A stretch of 56,013 bases of DNA, counting the filler, from Bipalium vagum (Eukaryota), in NCBI GenBank assembly GCA_037834085.1. It is 3 parts of 3 records of this genome, joined end to end, with 100 filler letters (N's around TTAATTAATTAA, not from the genome) between each part and the next. Parts side by side here need not be neighbours in the genome. Positions count along the whole stretch, not along the records: positions 1 to 17,631 come from JBBMKC010058004.1; 2 more parts are not named here. One strand, given 5' to 3'. The number at the start of each line of letters is the position of its first letter. Position 1 is the first letter of the stretch. The notes below the pieces were generated by a model. It was given only the letters and a program-made list of their open reading frames with translations, was not told the origin of the DNA and ran no database searches. The translations under genes and the position numbers were made by a program. Below are positions 1 to 13,600 of this stretch, piece by piece.

Positions 1-36
1 AATAAATAAATGTAAAGTTGAGAAAATCAACAATCA

Positions 37-397
37 CTACCTTTTCAATGCCGAACACTTATTTGGAGAACTGTTGGTCAGGTAAGGTAAACGCCATCGA
101 GAAGTTGGCCACCAGTTGGCTTTGTCGATATGTGGTTTGGAAATCTGATTGAAGATACTTGTGGAAGAGCCGGAAATGTTGATTGGGTCAATCACCGTTT
201 CCATTACATCGAAGTCGACACTCATCGTTTCATCGTCGATATCGTTTTCTTCGTGGTGCTTCACGATGCGACTTGTCGAATAGTTCTTCGGTGGACCAGA
301 CCTCGTCGACTGATCGTTGGAAATCGATTGAATTCGCCTACCCAACTCCATAAATGGTGCGTGATTGCTGGCAGTAGTGGCAAGTTCACTGGATTTC
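37..397 (-). CDS. TRIM37: TRIM37 exon 13 (terminal)
   Basis: aatcag acceptor in phase 2 matches exon 12. Contains [16 protein letters not shown], resembling the acidic NDVDEETMSGENDV-type motif seen in TRIM37 tails. Stop at 37-39. Confidence 0.7.
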
Positions 398-2674
398 CTG
401 ATTCAATTTTTGGTAATATAATAATTGGCTCCGTGTCCCAATATATATAAATATATACTTATGTGAAAAAATTATATATGAAAATAAAATAAAATGAATA
501 AAAAATGATATTATTAATAATAAATAATGACAAATTAATGAATTGCATTATAAATAACATATTATTACTGTCTGTAACTTGGGTAGTATTTAAAATATAC
601 CTTATAAATGAAATGGTAATATTGTTACGCACCAGATTTTTATTAAGTACGTAATGAAAAACATTTATTTGCTTCTATTTAAAATGTATAATTATATCTT
701 TTAGATCCTGATATACGCAATTAATGGATTTATTGAAAATATTTTATTACATTGATAAATGCAGTCCAAATCTTATTGGAATTTAATCTTCTCCAAAAAA
801 ATTCTAAAATATGATCATTATTTCTGTTTCTTGGTTTGATTAAATGTTTTAATCCAGACTTCGTTAATTCGAAACGCGCGGGACACAAAAGTATGAAATG
901 AATTTTCCGAGTTATAAATTAACGACAAATAATAAATTAATATGATTTCGGTTGGGACTTAAATTGTTTTCGAATTAACGTGGTTTCAGTGTATAAGCAA
1001 ATCAAGTTCCTTAGACTGTGTTCGTATGTGTACCCCTAATTCGATCTTTATAATATTTAGAATAGTTTACCGTAACATCTTCTGATAATCTAGCAGAATC
1101 TTTCCATTTGCCTGTATATATAATAGATCCTGAGTGTACATATTTTCTGATAACATTTAATAATGTATCACAAGATCGGTTTTCGATGGTAATGGCGATT
1201 ATCTTTTTGGTGGTAGTTCTCTTTCAACGCCACAATCACTAAAATTCCATTAACATTATGTCCCCAATTGTATTTTTGTTTCCTAAGTTTCATCTAATAC
1301 ACTTCCAAGATTAGATCTTGTCCACCAATATTCTCTTCAATTGGATTGATGGACATACCAGATATTTTCCGTAAAAGTTTAAAGTTCTTGCAAATACTGT
1401 GTTCACTATGTCTTATTTGATTGATTGCAGTCGTGACCAGAGTCTTAGTCATCCATAAAAATTCATATAAAAATTTTTGAGTTCCTAAAAATTGAATTCT
1501 TTCTTACTTATATTGATTTACGGAAATTTCTTTCACCGTACCTAAATTTTGTATTGTTTTGTTGTAGATGCATGATTCCATAGCATTGGGACATAGTCTC
1601 TAAATTTGACAAATTTCTTTTTCAAATAAAAACTCAATGCATTTAATGCATAAATTGAAGCAATTTTTCAGCCTAAAATTTATATTATACATCAAAATTA
1701 TGTAATTTAAACAAACTGTAATAATATATCATTTATAATTTAATTCAACGGAAAAAATAATAAAATCAAATAATACACAATAATTGGAGCAAAGCAAAAA
1801 ATAAATTATCAAAAAAATTAATTCATTTACATGAAATCAATAATATTTTAATTATCTTTTACTCGATTTAAGATATATTTTAGACGTTTTTATTGGAATA
1901 AAACAAATTGTTTACAAACAGTTTAATATAAATGATACAAATAAAACCCGAGTCTCAGCAGAAAATTTTAGCTTAAAATTATTAATATTAGAGAAATAAT
2001 AATAAAAATAATAAATAAAATTGACTTGAAGAAACAGGTGGCAGTAGGACCAACAGACAATCAATAAATCAGTCATTGCAACTCACAATGAAAACGATTA
2101 AGCACATTTCCTTCAAAAGTGATTTGTTTTTTATTCAATATCAGCTGGATTAATTTACACATTTCATCCGCTCATTACTGAGACTTTTATTATCTTTTGT
2201 CTTCTATTCTCAAAAAGCACATTATATTTTCGAGATTTGAAAGCAACGAGATATTTCCTTTTGAGATTTTCAAAGAGAAATCGATAATTAATTAAACAAA
2301 AAGACGGTGACCACATTGGCAAGCATTCCTGCAAAATATATTTCGAGAAACATTATTGAATTATTAATTGAATTAATAAAATTCATTCAAACTTTAGTAT
2401 TGAATTTTAGATACAAATATTTTATTATTATTATTAATTATTTAAAATCATTTATTTCTGTTTTCTATTTAATTTTCATTGTTTAATTACAATTTATATA
2501 AAAAATACATTGAAAAATTATTTAGAGCTGAAAAATACAAAGAATATAATTTTAATAATTTCTTACTCGTGTAAAATAATTTTTTAAAATCTTGGTAACT
2601 TAAATCATTTATAAATTTAATCAATATTAATTGAGACATTTTCATTCGTCTACTAAATATTAATAATAATATAA

Positions 2675-2714
<40 letters not shown>

Positions 2715-5700
2715 CGTTTTTGATTCTACTGATGGAAATGCGGTTTCCGAAAGACAAACCCGCTCATGCCGCCGACCACAATTAGTTGATTGTCACACTG
2801 TCGTTGTAACAAATGAATGGAGATGAATTTCTTTTGTTATATTAATATATTTTATTATTGATATATATATTTTTCATACATTCAAATTTGATAGATTCAA
2901 AATTTTATTTTTGTATAGTGTTCACTGCAAGCAAAATCAATAGGACATACAATCTCAAAAATTTCCAGCCAACGTAAAATCAACCAAAATTTATATTAAA
3001 AGAAAAAATAGAAAAATGTAAGAGAAAATGTCACTGATTGGTGTCAAATATTCAAATTATTTAAAAATGAAAAGAAAAGAAAAGTTAATAGAAATTATCA
3101 ATTATTAAAATTTATTATTAATATTGATTTTCTGACATCCTTCAAATTATCTATAGATAATTATCATCACCACTGATGTAACATTCACTTCACTAATTAC
3201 AATATCAAAAGATCGATCATAAATTATTAATAAAAATTTGATAATATTTTTGAAAAATTCAAACCAATTAAATTTTAAAAATCTTATTTAAATTAAAATT
3301 AAATCAGCTATTTTTTATATTTAATTTTACAATTTAAAAAAATAATAATAAATCAATTATAATATGAATCATTTTTAGATTTTCATAAATATTAAAATAA
3401 TAATAATACTAATAAAATCTAAAGAAATCAATCTTGAAGATTTTTTATCTAGTGGAAAATTATAAATTTAAATAATGATGATTAATTTTTACATTTAAAT
3501 AAAATTTTAAGAAATAAAAAAATCGATTAATAATCAATAATCACCGGGATTCTGGTCCGTATTTGCAGGCGGCGGCTGTTGTGCGATAGGACAAATCGGC
3601 AGTTTCATATCGCACTTCCAGCAGTCTCAAAAGTTCTTCGATTTCGCCCGAAGACGCCAGACTGGACCCCTCAGCAAGAGGCCTCTCCGAGTCTGATAAC
3701 ATCATCCAATTGGATCTCGATTCATCGAAATTGTTGCTATTGTTGGCATTGTTCACAATGCTTCGGTTGTCATGATGATGCTGGCCGCTTTCTAATGATG
3801 ACTTAAATTTCATTTTTTGCAACAATTCATTGGGATCTATCCACTGAAGGCTCTTCGAACAAACAACATGGTCCACTGTTTCATTGCCCATTGCCTTTTG
3901 AATTGATCGCAACACATTATGGGCGGGCAGATCAGTGTTAGCATTCACAGAATCCGGGGATATATACAAAGGACTTTCCAAAGAAAAGTTGTCCGGTGAA
4001 CCCGAATGATGGTGATAAAGAGAATGATTGTCTGGACCTATTTCTTCAGTTCTTGATGGCACCACATTTGTCTGGCAATGATTTCGGAAAAACATTTGAA
4101 ATTTTGTTTTATTTTTAAAACTTTTTAATTGTGAAGATTTTCTCTTACATGATTACAATCAATAAAAATTTTTTGTCTGAAATGTATTTATTGATTTTTA
4201 AGAGTGCGAAAAAAAGAAAGGGACAAAACAGAAATATGTGAAAGCAAAATTTTTATATATTTTCGCCCACAATCAATAGGAAGGAAGTCTACAATTGAAC
4301 AGGTAACACTTTCCAGGCAACGACAATTGTGGACTTCATAAGGCAGGTAATTTGTGAACAATTTTTAAATTATGAGAGAAAAATCTCAAATCTGAGCTCC
4401 TTAATTTTTCCTCTAGTTATCTTTGAAATATGAGGTCTGCCATTGTAATTTTTCTATTGACAAGAACTGGGTCTTTTCCTGCAATTGCTGGTTTTTGTGC
4501 AGTAATGGTTTCTCCGTCTTTAAGTATTTCAAAGTAAACTACACCATGAATGTTCCACCAAGCAAATATGCGATTTTGGATCCAAGGATATTTGGCATAC
4601 AAATTTTTGCTTTCTCATAGCTTTGTTAATATGTACAATCCACTTCTCGTCCGCCATTATAAAGCAGTCAAAAATCGTTCTTTTTCATGGAAGTTTGTGT
4701 GCATGCTGCATATCGTAGATTTCAGTTATCTGCTCGAATCACTGAGATTATAACACATCCATTTACCGTACAGAAACTTCTCAGTGGATTTCAAGAACCG
4801 TTTAACTGCTTCTCGTCAGGTATTTGTCTTTTGTGGAATTTCTTAAATTGTTTGAGAAGGATCTTCTTCTACAACAACCCACAATTCATCTACATAAAAT
4901 TGAATAAGACAACCACTTCTCGAGGCATTTTGAAGGTCAAACTTTCTCTCCGAAATCTTTTAAACTATTGTTAACACTTACGAATATTTAAGGAATCCTG
5001 ATATATATCATTGATATTTGCAGTTCATGTCTTTATATTATGACCAAAATTATACTGGAACAATAAACAATGTCTAATGCGATCCTCTTCAATTTTTACA
5101 TTTATTATCTGCCATTTCTTTATTTTTTCTAAAATTTATATTTCACTGAATAATAGATTAACGATTTATAGATTTAATAGTTAACTAAAACAAATAATTA
5201 TATATGAAGATTGTAAATTCTGCTAATTTTGCATCTTCTGATAAAAGCGACATTAATAATGGGTACTCCTAACAAAATATTGATCTTTTAGAATAATTAC
5301 AACTCTTAAATCATTACTTTTCCTGTAGAAAGAAACCGTGTCAAAAGTGAGTACCAGAGGATATGAAAGGTAATTATGAAGAAGAAAAACAAAATTCTTT
5401 CCAGTCTGAGGAAACATTGTTCAGAATTTATTCTTTTTATATTAAAGGGAGGATGTATAAATTTATATCAGATCGAACTTCTCAAAATGCCCTATCAAAA
5501 AAGACAATTGTATATTTACAGTAAAATGTAATATAATTGTAAACATTTTTATTGAAATAAATGAATTAGAAAATTATTATTTTAGCTAATTAAAAATGGC
5601 GAATTATAATTGAGGAATGATTGTGAAAGCGAAATTTTGAGTTTTAATTTTAATTAATAATCAAAGGAAAATAGGAGGGAAAAATTCCAAATTACTTTGA

Positions 5701-7624
5701 TTTTAATTATAGGATTCTCATTTAAAATAATAATATTATTAATAAAAATAATATTATCAATAAATGACAAGAACTGTTAATCAATACTGAAAATATTTCT
5801 GCTGCAACGATGTATGAAAATTTAATTGAAAAATGCGGGAATGGTTTTTTTTTGTAATTTTAGACAAAATGAAATGTCCAGATCACGTTTCCCAAAAAAT
5901 CAATAACAAATAATAAAATGGGTAATATTTTTGAAGAATAATCTTTCTCTATCGATTTCCATTAGAAGAAATGAGAGGATATTTCTTTCCTTTCAAAGTA
6001 GTTTTTTCTCAACCATGCACAGCTTAAGGCCCAGTCAAAGAATTCTTTTCAAAATGGTGCTACTCAATATTTGAGAGTGAAGGACCAAAATATCAATAGG
6101 CTTTCTCCTTGCGATAAGCTATTTTATAAATAATTAATCAATATTAGAAAATTTTTATGAGAACTGTATTTGAGAATGACGGTCAAATAAGGAACTTTTA
6201 TCATTTAATAAACATCTTCGCTTCTTCAAAAAGATTGAAAGCATCCCACCAAATCTTCAACAAAATCCTAATATCCACTGCAAGCCCGCCCTCAAACTTT
6301 CAACTTTTACGGATTTTTTCTCTTTTTTATTTTCAGTTAAATATCCGATATTAAATTCCGTTCTCATTAAAGTCTTATTATTATTATTATATTCATTAAT
6401 TATTAATCTCAGAAGATTAGCGGAATAGAATTTCATTTACTAAGATATCAGAGTGACTATCAGTTGTAAGAGTTTAAATAAAATTGGACACATTCATTTC
6501 TTAAAATTCTGTCAAAGTAAGGCTTATTTGGTGTTTTGTTAATATTCTTGACCTTGAAATTAAATTACAGAAAAAGGGAAACATTTTGTTAAGCAATATT
6601 TAAGAATCGACTCGTAGACATTTTATTAAAGCACGGGTCCAGTCAGTTGACCATATAAAAGAAGGAGTAAGTGAAACGAATCAGAAAGCTCAACCAAACA
6701 AAGACCTCACCGACAGACCTGTATTACATGGTGATATCAGATAAACGAAATAACAATTTATACTTCAGACAAATTAAAAAATCAATAATAAAAAAAATTA
6801 ATTTAAAAAATATTAAATATTTATAAAATTACATAAACAAAAAAATAAAATATAATTATACAGCAATTTTATATGATGATTTTTATCTAAAAAATATATT
6901 AATAGTAATAATAATAAAAAACCAAAGTACGTGAAATAAATAAATATATTAAAAATCTAAAAATCAAATAAATGATAATAAATAATATCAGTAAGAAAAT
7001 CAGTAATAATGAAGAATTATTAAAATTAACAATAATATCAGCGAGGTCAAAACGTGCTTATTATTCAGAATGATGACATTATTTTCCCCTCGTTTGATAA
7101 TGACCAAAATTGATGACTTCGATTTTAATGAAGAAAACAACGTTGACAAAACATCAATTGTGAAATACTTTCTAAAAAATGGATAAATAATGGTCACTAC
7201 CTCTTCCAGGTGAAAACCGATCGACAAATTCCTTCCTTCATTTCCTTCCACACTGGACTGAATACTGTCTTCGTCATTGTCACTGTCTCCATCATTGATC
7301 ACAGAGCTGGAGTCGCCCATATCGAATTCCTTGGACTCGGCAGATTCACATTCATGGTGCCCATTGTTGTGGATTTCGGCATTGTTTTCCGAAAATATTG
7401 GATTTATGTTTTGAAAACATTCTTGACTTTGATTTTCCACATTGACTTCATCTGGAAATATATCGATCACCAACGGAAGATGATGAGAAATAAAATTGTG
7501 GAACTTTCAGGAAATATTATTTTCATACGTTGGTTGCATGTGAAATGTTGATTTTACTTAATACTTAAAAATCATCACGTAAGAAAATTTATGGAACATT
7601 TAATTGACGTAGGACACTTATTAT

Positions 7625-7669
<45 letters not shown>

Positions 7670-10600
7670 ATTACGTTAATTATTAATATTATCAATAATT
7701 AATTTTTATTATTATTAAATAGAAACGGAAAATTAAAAGAGCATATAATAATATTAATATTTTTAGATAAATGCTATGTTTGTGGCAAAATATTCACATC
7801 AAAAAACACCCAGTCGGTCAGAAAAAATGATAAAACAATAATATATAATAGATGTTAATAAAAATAAAAAACTAATTTAAAATTTATTTAATAATAAAAA
7901 TACAATTTAATTTACAAAAATAATAAGAAATTATTATTAAATTAGTAATAAAATGTAATTTGTAAAAAATTAATAATAATAATAATAACAATAATAATTA
8001 ATAATAAAAATAATAATGAAAAAATAATAAAAATTAAAATTAAACTTAAAATAAAATGAAAATAATAATCAATAATTATAATAAATAATATAATAATTAT
8101 AATAAAGTATATTATATATTATATTATAATATTTAATTATAATAACAAAAAATAATATTTAATAATGGTAATACCGATCTCTTTGTCAGTGACACCTTGA
8201 ATAACGGTTGACGTCTCCGAAGGACTGCTGAATACATTGGAGCAGAGATGAATCTTCTCCGAGTCCACAGCGACCATGGAGTTCGAGTCGCAGTTGTGGT
8301 GAGCGTTTCTGCTCAACTCAATATTCAGTCTATCTTTCAGCTCATTGTTCTGGGTCAGCAGGCGGGCCTGAGAGTGTTCCAATTGTTGAATGTACCATTG
8401 CTGATCACGGCATTTCTGATAGAAATTCGGAGGTCGCACCTAAATAAAATTTCGGTTTATCAACCACAAGTCTATTAAGCAAAAGCTGTCCGTCAAAACC
8501 ATGACCAAAGTCGTTAACAACAGATTGAAAGGGAAATGATGAATAAACAGTTAACAAGCTCATTTATGGAAGAATAATGAATTCAAAAGCAAAAATTAAA
8601 ATGTTGAGATATAATAAAATTATTATATATTATTATTATTTTATTTTTATTCAAACAAATTTAGTTACAATACTATGTGAATTTCAATTCTTAAATGTTT
8701 TCAAAATTAATAGATTAATAATTATGAAATCTAAGCATTAAATTATTGATTTAATTAAAATTATATATAATATTTATTATTATCTTCATTATTAGATATT
8801 ATTATTTATAATTATTTTTGAAAATTTATATTTATTATTATTATTCATTATTTATTAATAATTATTACAATTTTTCATATCGTCTGCATTTAAAAATAAG
8901 AAATTATCATTTTATTGATTAATCTTAGTCAGATTTTTGTGATTTTTTTTTATTGATTATCATTTATTTAAAATACGACTTATTGATTAATATTTAGTTT
9001 CTTTATTTCAATTGAATTATTGATCTGTTATTTTTCCATTTCAGTTTTCAAATTTAACCGAACCTTCTTATACATATAATCTAATGTATGTGGCCTACCT
9101 GAAATCGTAAAATCAACGTGTCTGTTTCCGGGTCCAAGTAACCCTCACCGGCCAATAGATCTAGACGAAAGAATCGATTATACCCCCAACATTCTCCGAC
9201 TTCGAAATCGGACGCGAACTCTCTCACAATGTTTTTGGAGGGGTCTCGGCTTATTTGGTGAATCATTTCCACTCGGTATTCGTATCTAATAAATAAAATA
9301 GAAATCAGAGCCAATAAAAGGGTTTTCAATTTCAATAATTTCTTGTTTTGCAATCACTTCATTACTTTGATGTTTCCGGTAACCCCGCGTACAATTCCAA
9401 GAACACAGACAAGTAGTGGCCTCTCACCACTCCATTTCCGTCCGGATACACTTTCAGTCGCCAGCTTAAGCCGGAAATATGCAACTCCTGTGAATAAACC
9501 GGATCAGCGCTTTGTTGCAAAGCAGAAAAATTGTTCATGGCAAAAGTTGTGCTATCGTATTGTGGCACAATTTCGCTGAAAAGGAATTTCACGTAATAAA
9601 GTATTGGGTTATTTATTTTTTGGGTCATAAACATTGATTTATTTTTAATGAAAAAGAAGGTGCAATATAATACACTGGAAATTGAGGGTTAAAAATAAGT
9701 CAACGCCAAAGTTAATTTTGCCAGATCTGTTTCCTTTCAGCTAAGCGAGTTCAAAGCACAGACCAATACTGTCGCCGTAAATCAGTCGGTAACTACACAT
9801 CACACAATGGTCTCAGAATCATTCACTGATACTTCTTTACACAATATCAAAGCACAATTGATCAAAAGTCTGATCTCGTATATAACAAGAAGCCATCTTT
9901 TGATTGTAAGTCACTAATACTGTGCACAAAATGTCAATGGATATCGATCAATCAATGAATGGCACGTTATATTTTTATTATTATATAATGTAAAATGTGC
10001 TGAAACGAAACCGAATTTTGAATCACAATTGAAATCAATGAAATATTGAAAAATGATCAAATTGATTCAACTTTGAACAAATGGTTTTCAGAAGAAATCC
10101 ACGGAGAATGATGACATCGAATTTATTAATCAAGGAAAAAAGATCCACTGACGAGAAGTTTCCGTTTCAGAATTATAAAAAGTCTCAAGTATTAAATTTC
10201 CGAATATTTTCTTTGGGGAAGGCAAAACATCGAAAATAAAGAGCAGTCGCAATGGAAATTGATGGAAAAAAAGAAAACCAATTATCAGACGATAAAAAAT
10301 CAAACAAATCTCTCGCAATAATTGAGAAAACGTAATTATTGATTGGTCAAAAGACTAAAATAAATCAATAATTAAAAGAAATAAAAAAAATTAAGAGTAG
10401 TAATCCATAACTTCACAATAAAAAATTAAATAAAACAAATCTTTATATAAAAAATAAGTTATTAATTAATAATAAAAATAATATTCTAATCTTAAATAAA
10501 ATATTACAATAAAAAATAATAAAATATTACAATATATTCAAATATTACAAAATGTAACATGTTTATTACTAACAATAAAAAATAAATTTACATTAAATAG

Positions 10601-13600
10601 GTAATTTATTAAATTAAAAATCAATAAAAAATATTAGGTAGTTAAATATTATTAAAAAAATTAAAAATTCAAATGATTTTAATTAATTAATATTAATTAA
10701 AAATAGAAACAAATAATATAACTTTTAAAGTTAATATATAAAATATTAAATCAACAAATAGAAATACAATTAAAAGTCAATAATATAAAAAGTAATTAAA
10801 TCGATAAATGTATGAGAAAAGATTTCATCAATTAAAAAATATAATTAAACTAAATATATGATATAAAAAATTAAAAATCAATAAATAAAATAAAATAAAA
10901 TAATAAATGTTAAAAATTTATAAATCAATTAATTATTAATAATATTGACTAAAAATCAATAGATAAAAGATAAAAGTAATTGAAATCAATAAATGATAGT
11001 ATTTAATTATAATAAAAGAATTAAAAAGTTTATGAATATTATAACTTAGTATTAAAAATTAAAAATCAATAAGTAAAATATGTAAGGGTAAAAGTCAATT
11101 AAAATGTAAACCTAATAAACTCTGACAAGGCCGGAGCGCTGACAATGGACGGAATCGGTTTCCTCTGCACTTCGTCAAACTTGTTGAGAATATCGGAAGA
11201 CTTGGCTATCAGCTCTGCCTTACTGTACTGATTGACGAACTGCTCCACGTCCTGCAGCACAGATTCGAGAATTTCCGTTTCCTGAGAACAAGGTAAAAAC
11301 AATTAGCACAGTTACGAGGATATTTTCCAAAATATTCTTCATGCACACTTGTGCCAAGTGGTTTTTTTGCTCCATCAACGTGAGACATTTCGACTTCAAC
11401 TGTGCCTCCAACTTGGCAATCATCAGCTCCACAGCGTTTCGGATTTCTCGAACACGTTCGTCTTTGGCTTGTTTTACTAGGTCGACATTCTTCTCCTGAA
11501 AATCGTGAAAAACTTGATGTGAGTCTGTTTTTGAGAGGATTTTGTGCACAATGTTCAATGATTTTTTATTTATAACAGAAATCATAACAAAGAATGGTTA
11601 GACAATGAAAATAAAAGTAGATATCTACATCACTGACTTGTGTTAATTGCTGAAAACAAATCTCAAGAAAACTGTGTAATTTCAAAGTTTTAAGAAAGAA
11701 GATATTTCATTGTTACATTGACTTAAAGTGTGTACATCGAAAATTAGGAACGTTCAGCTTGTGTGAACCTAACGGTTTCAATAACAAGAGAACAAGTTTC
11801 TGATAAATGATAACTAATATTGTCAGATTCCTACAATGCCTGGTATCTATGGAGATGGCACGCTATAGATTCTGAAGAACGTCAATCAATTGAAGTGCAA
11901 AAGAATGTGCCGTAACCATTTGAGAGCTTTGAAAGAAATGATAACGTCAAAGGAAGCCGATGAATCTTTCATGGATAATCAATAATCACAAGAAGGCAGG
12001 AAAATATGCTCAAAACAGATCCTAATTTTATACATTTATACGAGTTTCAAGTGTTATTTTTCGTTTTCCTTGATGAATGATTGTTGCTAGATTTTTATAA
12101 ACCACCTTAAGATTGAAAATTGGGATTTTTTTCAACTTAAGAAAATTGTTTACACAAGAAGTACAATTTTCATTATAATATGCAAATCTTTAAAGAGGAA
12201 AAAATCTTTTTTTTCAAAAATTCCTGTCAAATGATGTGAATCGTTAAGATTTTTAGAAAAATCAAAATAAATGTCGATAAATTTTTTTAGTATGAAGTTT
12301 TATTTTGATTGGTTAAATATTTGGTGGATAATTAAAACAATATAACAGTTGTGCTCTAACTTTTAAGAGAAACACTGAAATGAAAAAAATTCATTAATAA
12401 TTAAAAATTATTGATATATTTAAAAACAACATTTTGTCCAAAAATGATTAACATTAATCAAAATAGAACAAATATTATAAAATTAATAAATAATAAAAAA
12501 TTAAAGCATACTGATGGAGATAATAATAAAATATTTTAAAAATAATAAATAAGAGTAGTCTAAAAATAATATTAAAAAATTATTAATAAAATAATAACAA
12601 CAATAAATAAATTTATTCATTATGGAAAAATAAAAATTAACAAAAAATAATTATCATTATTTTTATTATAATTCCTTACCACTTCCTGAATCAAAGAAAT
12701 TAATTCCCCATGTCGACGCCTCAGATGGTTGGCCTTTGTTTGCACCTGAGCCACGTAATTGTCGTAAATCTCATTAAGCTGTTTAAAAGAGTGTTGGCTG
12801 TGCTGTCCGTCGAACAGAGCACACTGATGACAAATGGCTCTTGAACAGGTCAAACAGTATACGGACAATTTTTCATCATGAATATCACATCTGTCAATGA
12901 TGATGGTGATTGGCGGGTGTGACACATGAAATCGGACATTAAATTCATACCCGTTGTCAATGTCACGGTGAATGTTTTCCAGAGATCTTTGCAACGAAAT
13001 CGAGTGGGTTTTTTGCAAACTATCCAGTTGTTGAGTGACCTCATCGACCCATCGACAATTAATTAGCTCATGTAAGTGCAGTGAAGATCTTAATGTTAAA
13101 GACAGTCAATGTTCCAACTTATTATCTTGAACAATAACCTGCAATGAGGACATTGTGATCGCTGTTCCGTAATCCAGCGCTGAAATAGAAAAATTGAGAA
13201 ACTTTAAAAGGAAGAAGGATTGTAAAAACTGTCAATTCAAATCAAATAATATAGAATTAAAAATGTCTGGATAAGAAAACCTTATAGACAAAATCAAAAG
13301 GAACAATACTGGTACTAAAAGTGGAAAATAAAGTTAATTTTACTAGATTGACTAGGAAGTTTTGTGTGATAGTTTTATTTATTTTTCTCTTTTATTTGAT
13401 TTTTGTTCTGATTTAATAATTATATTCTGCTGAATATTTCAATATTATTAGAGTGTATCAAAAGTCAACCCATAAAACAAAATTTATTTAAATGTACACA
13501 AAACAAGATTAATCTTCGAAATATAATTCCATGTTATGGTCTGTTTTCCAGAAACGATCAATAATAGGATTTTCTAGCAATTGTTTGCAAAAAATATTCT

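Noticed and set aside
130-450. Plus-strand ORFs 130-450, 3579-3806, 7210-7551, 8248-8478, 9343-9579 and 18660-18869
   Set aside because: Antisense shadows of the GC-richer TRIM37 and GPCR exons.
2720-2830. GC-rich intronic patch as a snoRNA or cryptic exon
   Set aside because: No convincing C/D or H/ACA boxes and no in-phase splice pair.
7000-7200. Hydrophobic TM-like tail of ORF 7000-7473
   Set aside because: Read-through into a T-rich intron. The phase-0 donor at 7200 joins exon 12 cleanly.
10140-10190. CTGACGAG as a hammerhead core (similar matches on the minus strand near 4815, 14815 and 29495)
   Set aside because: No stem II closed by GAAA and no stems I/III.
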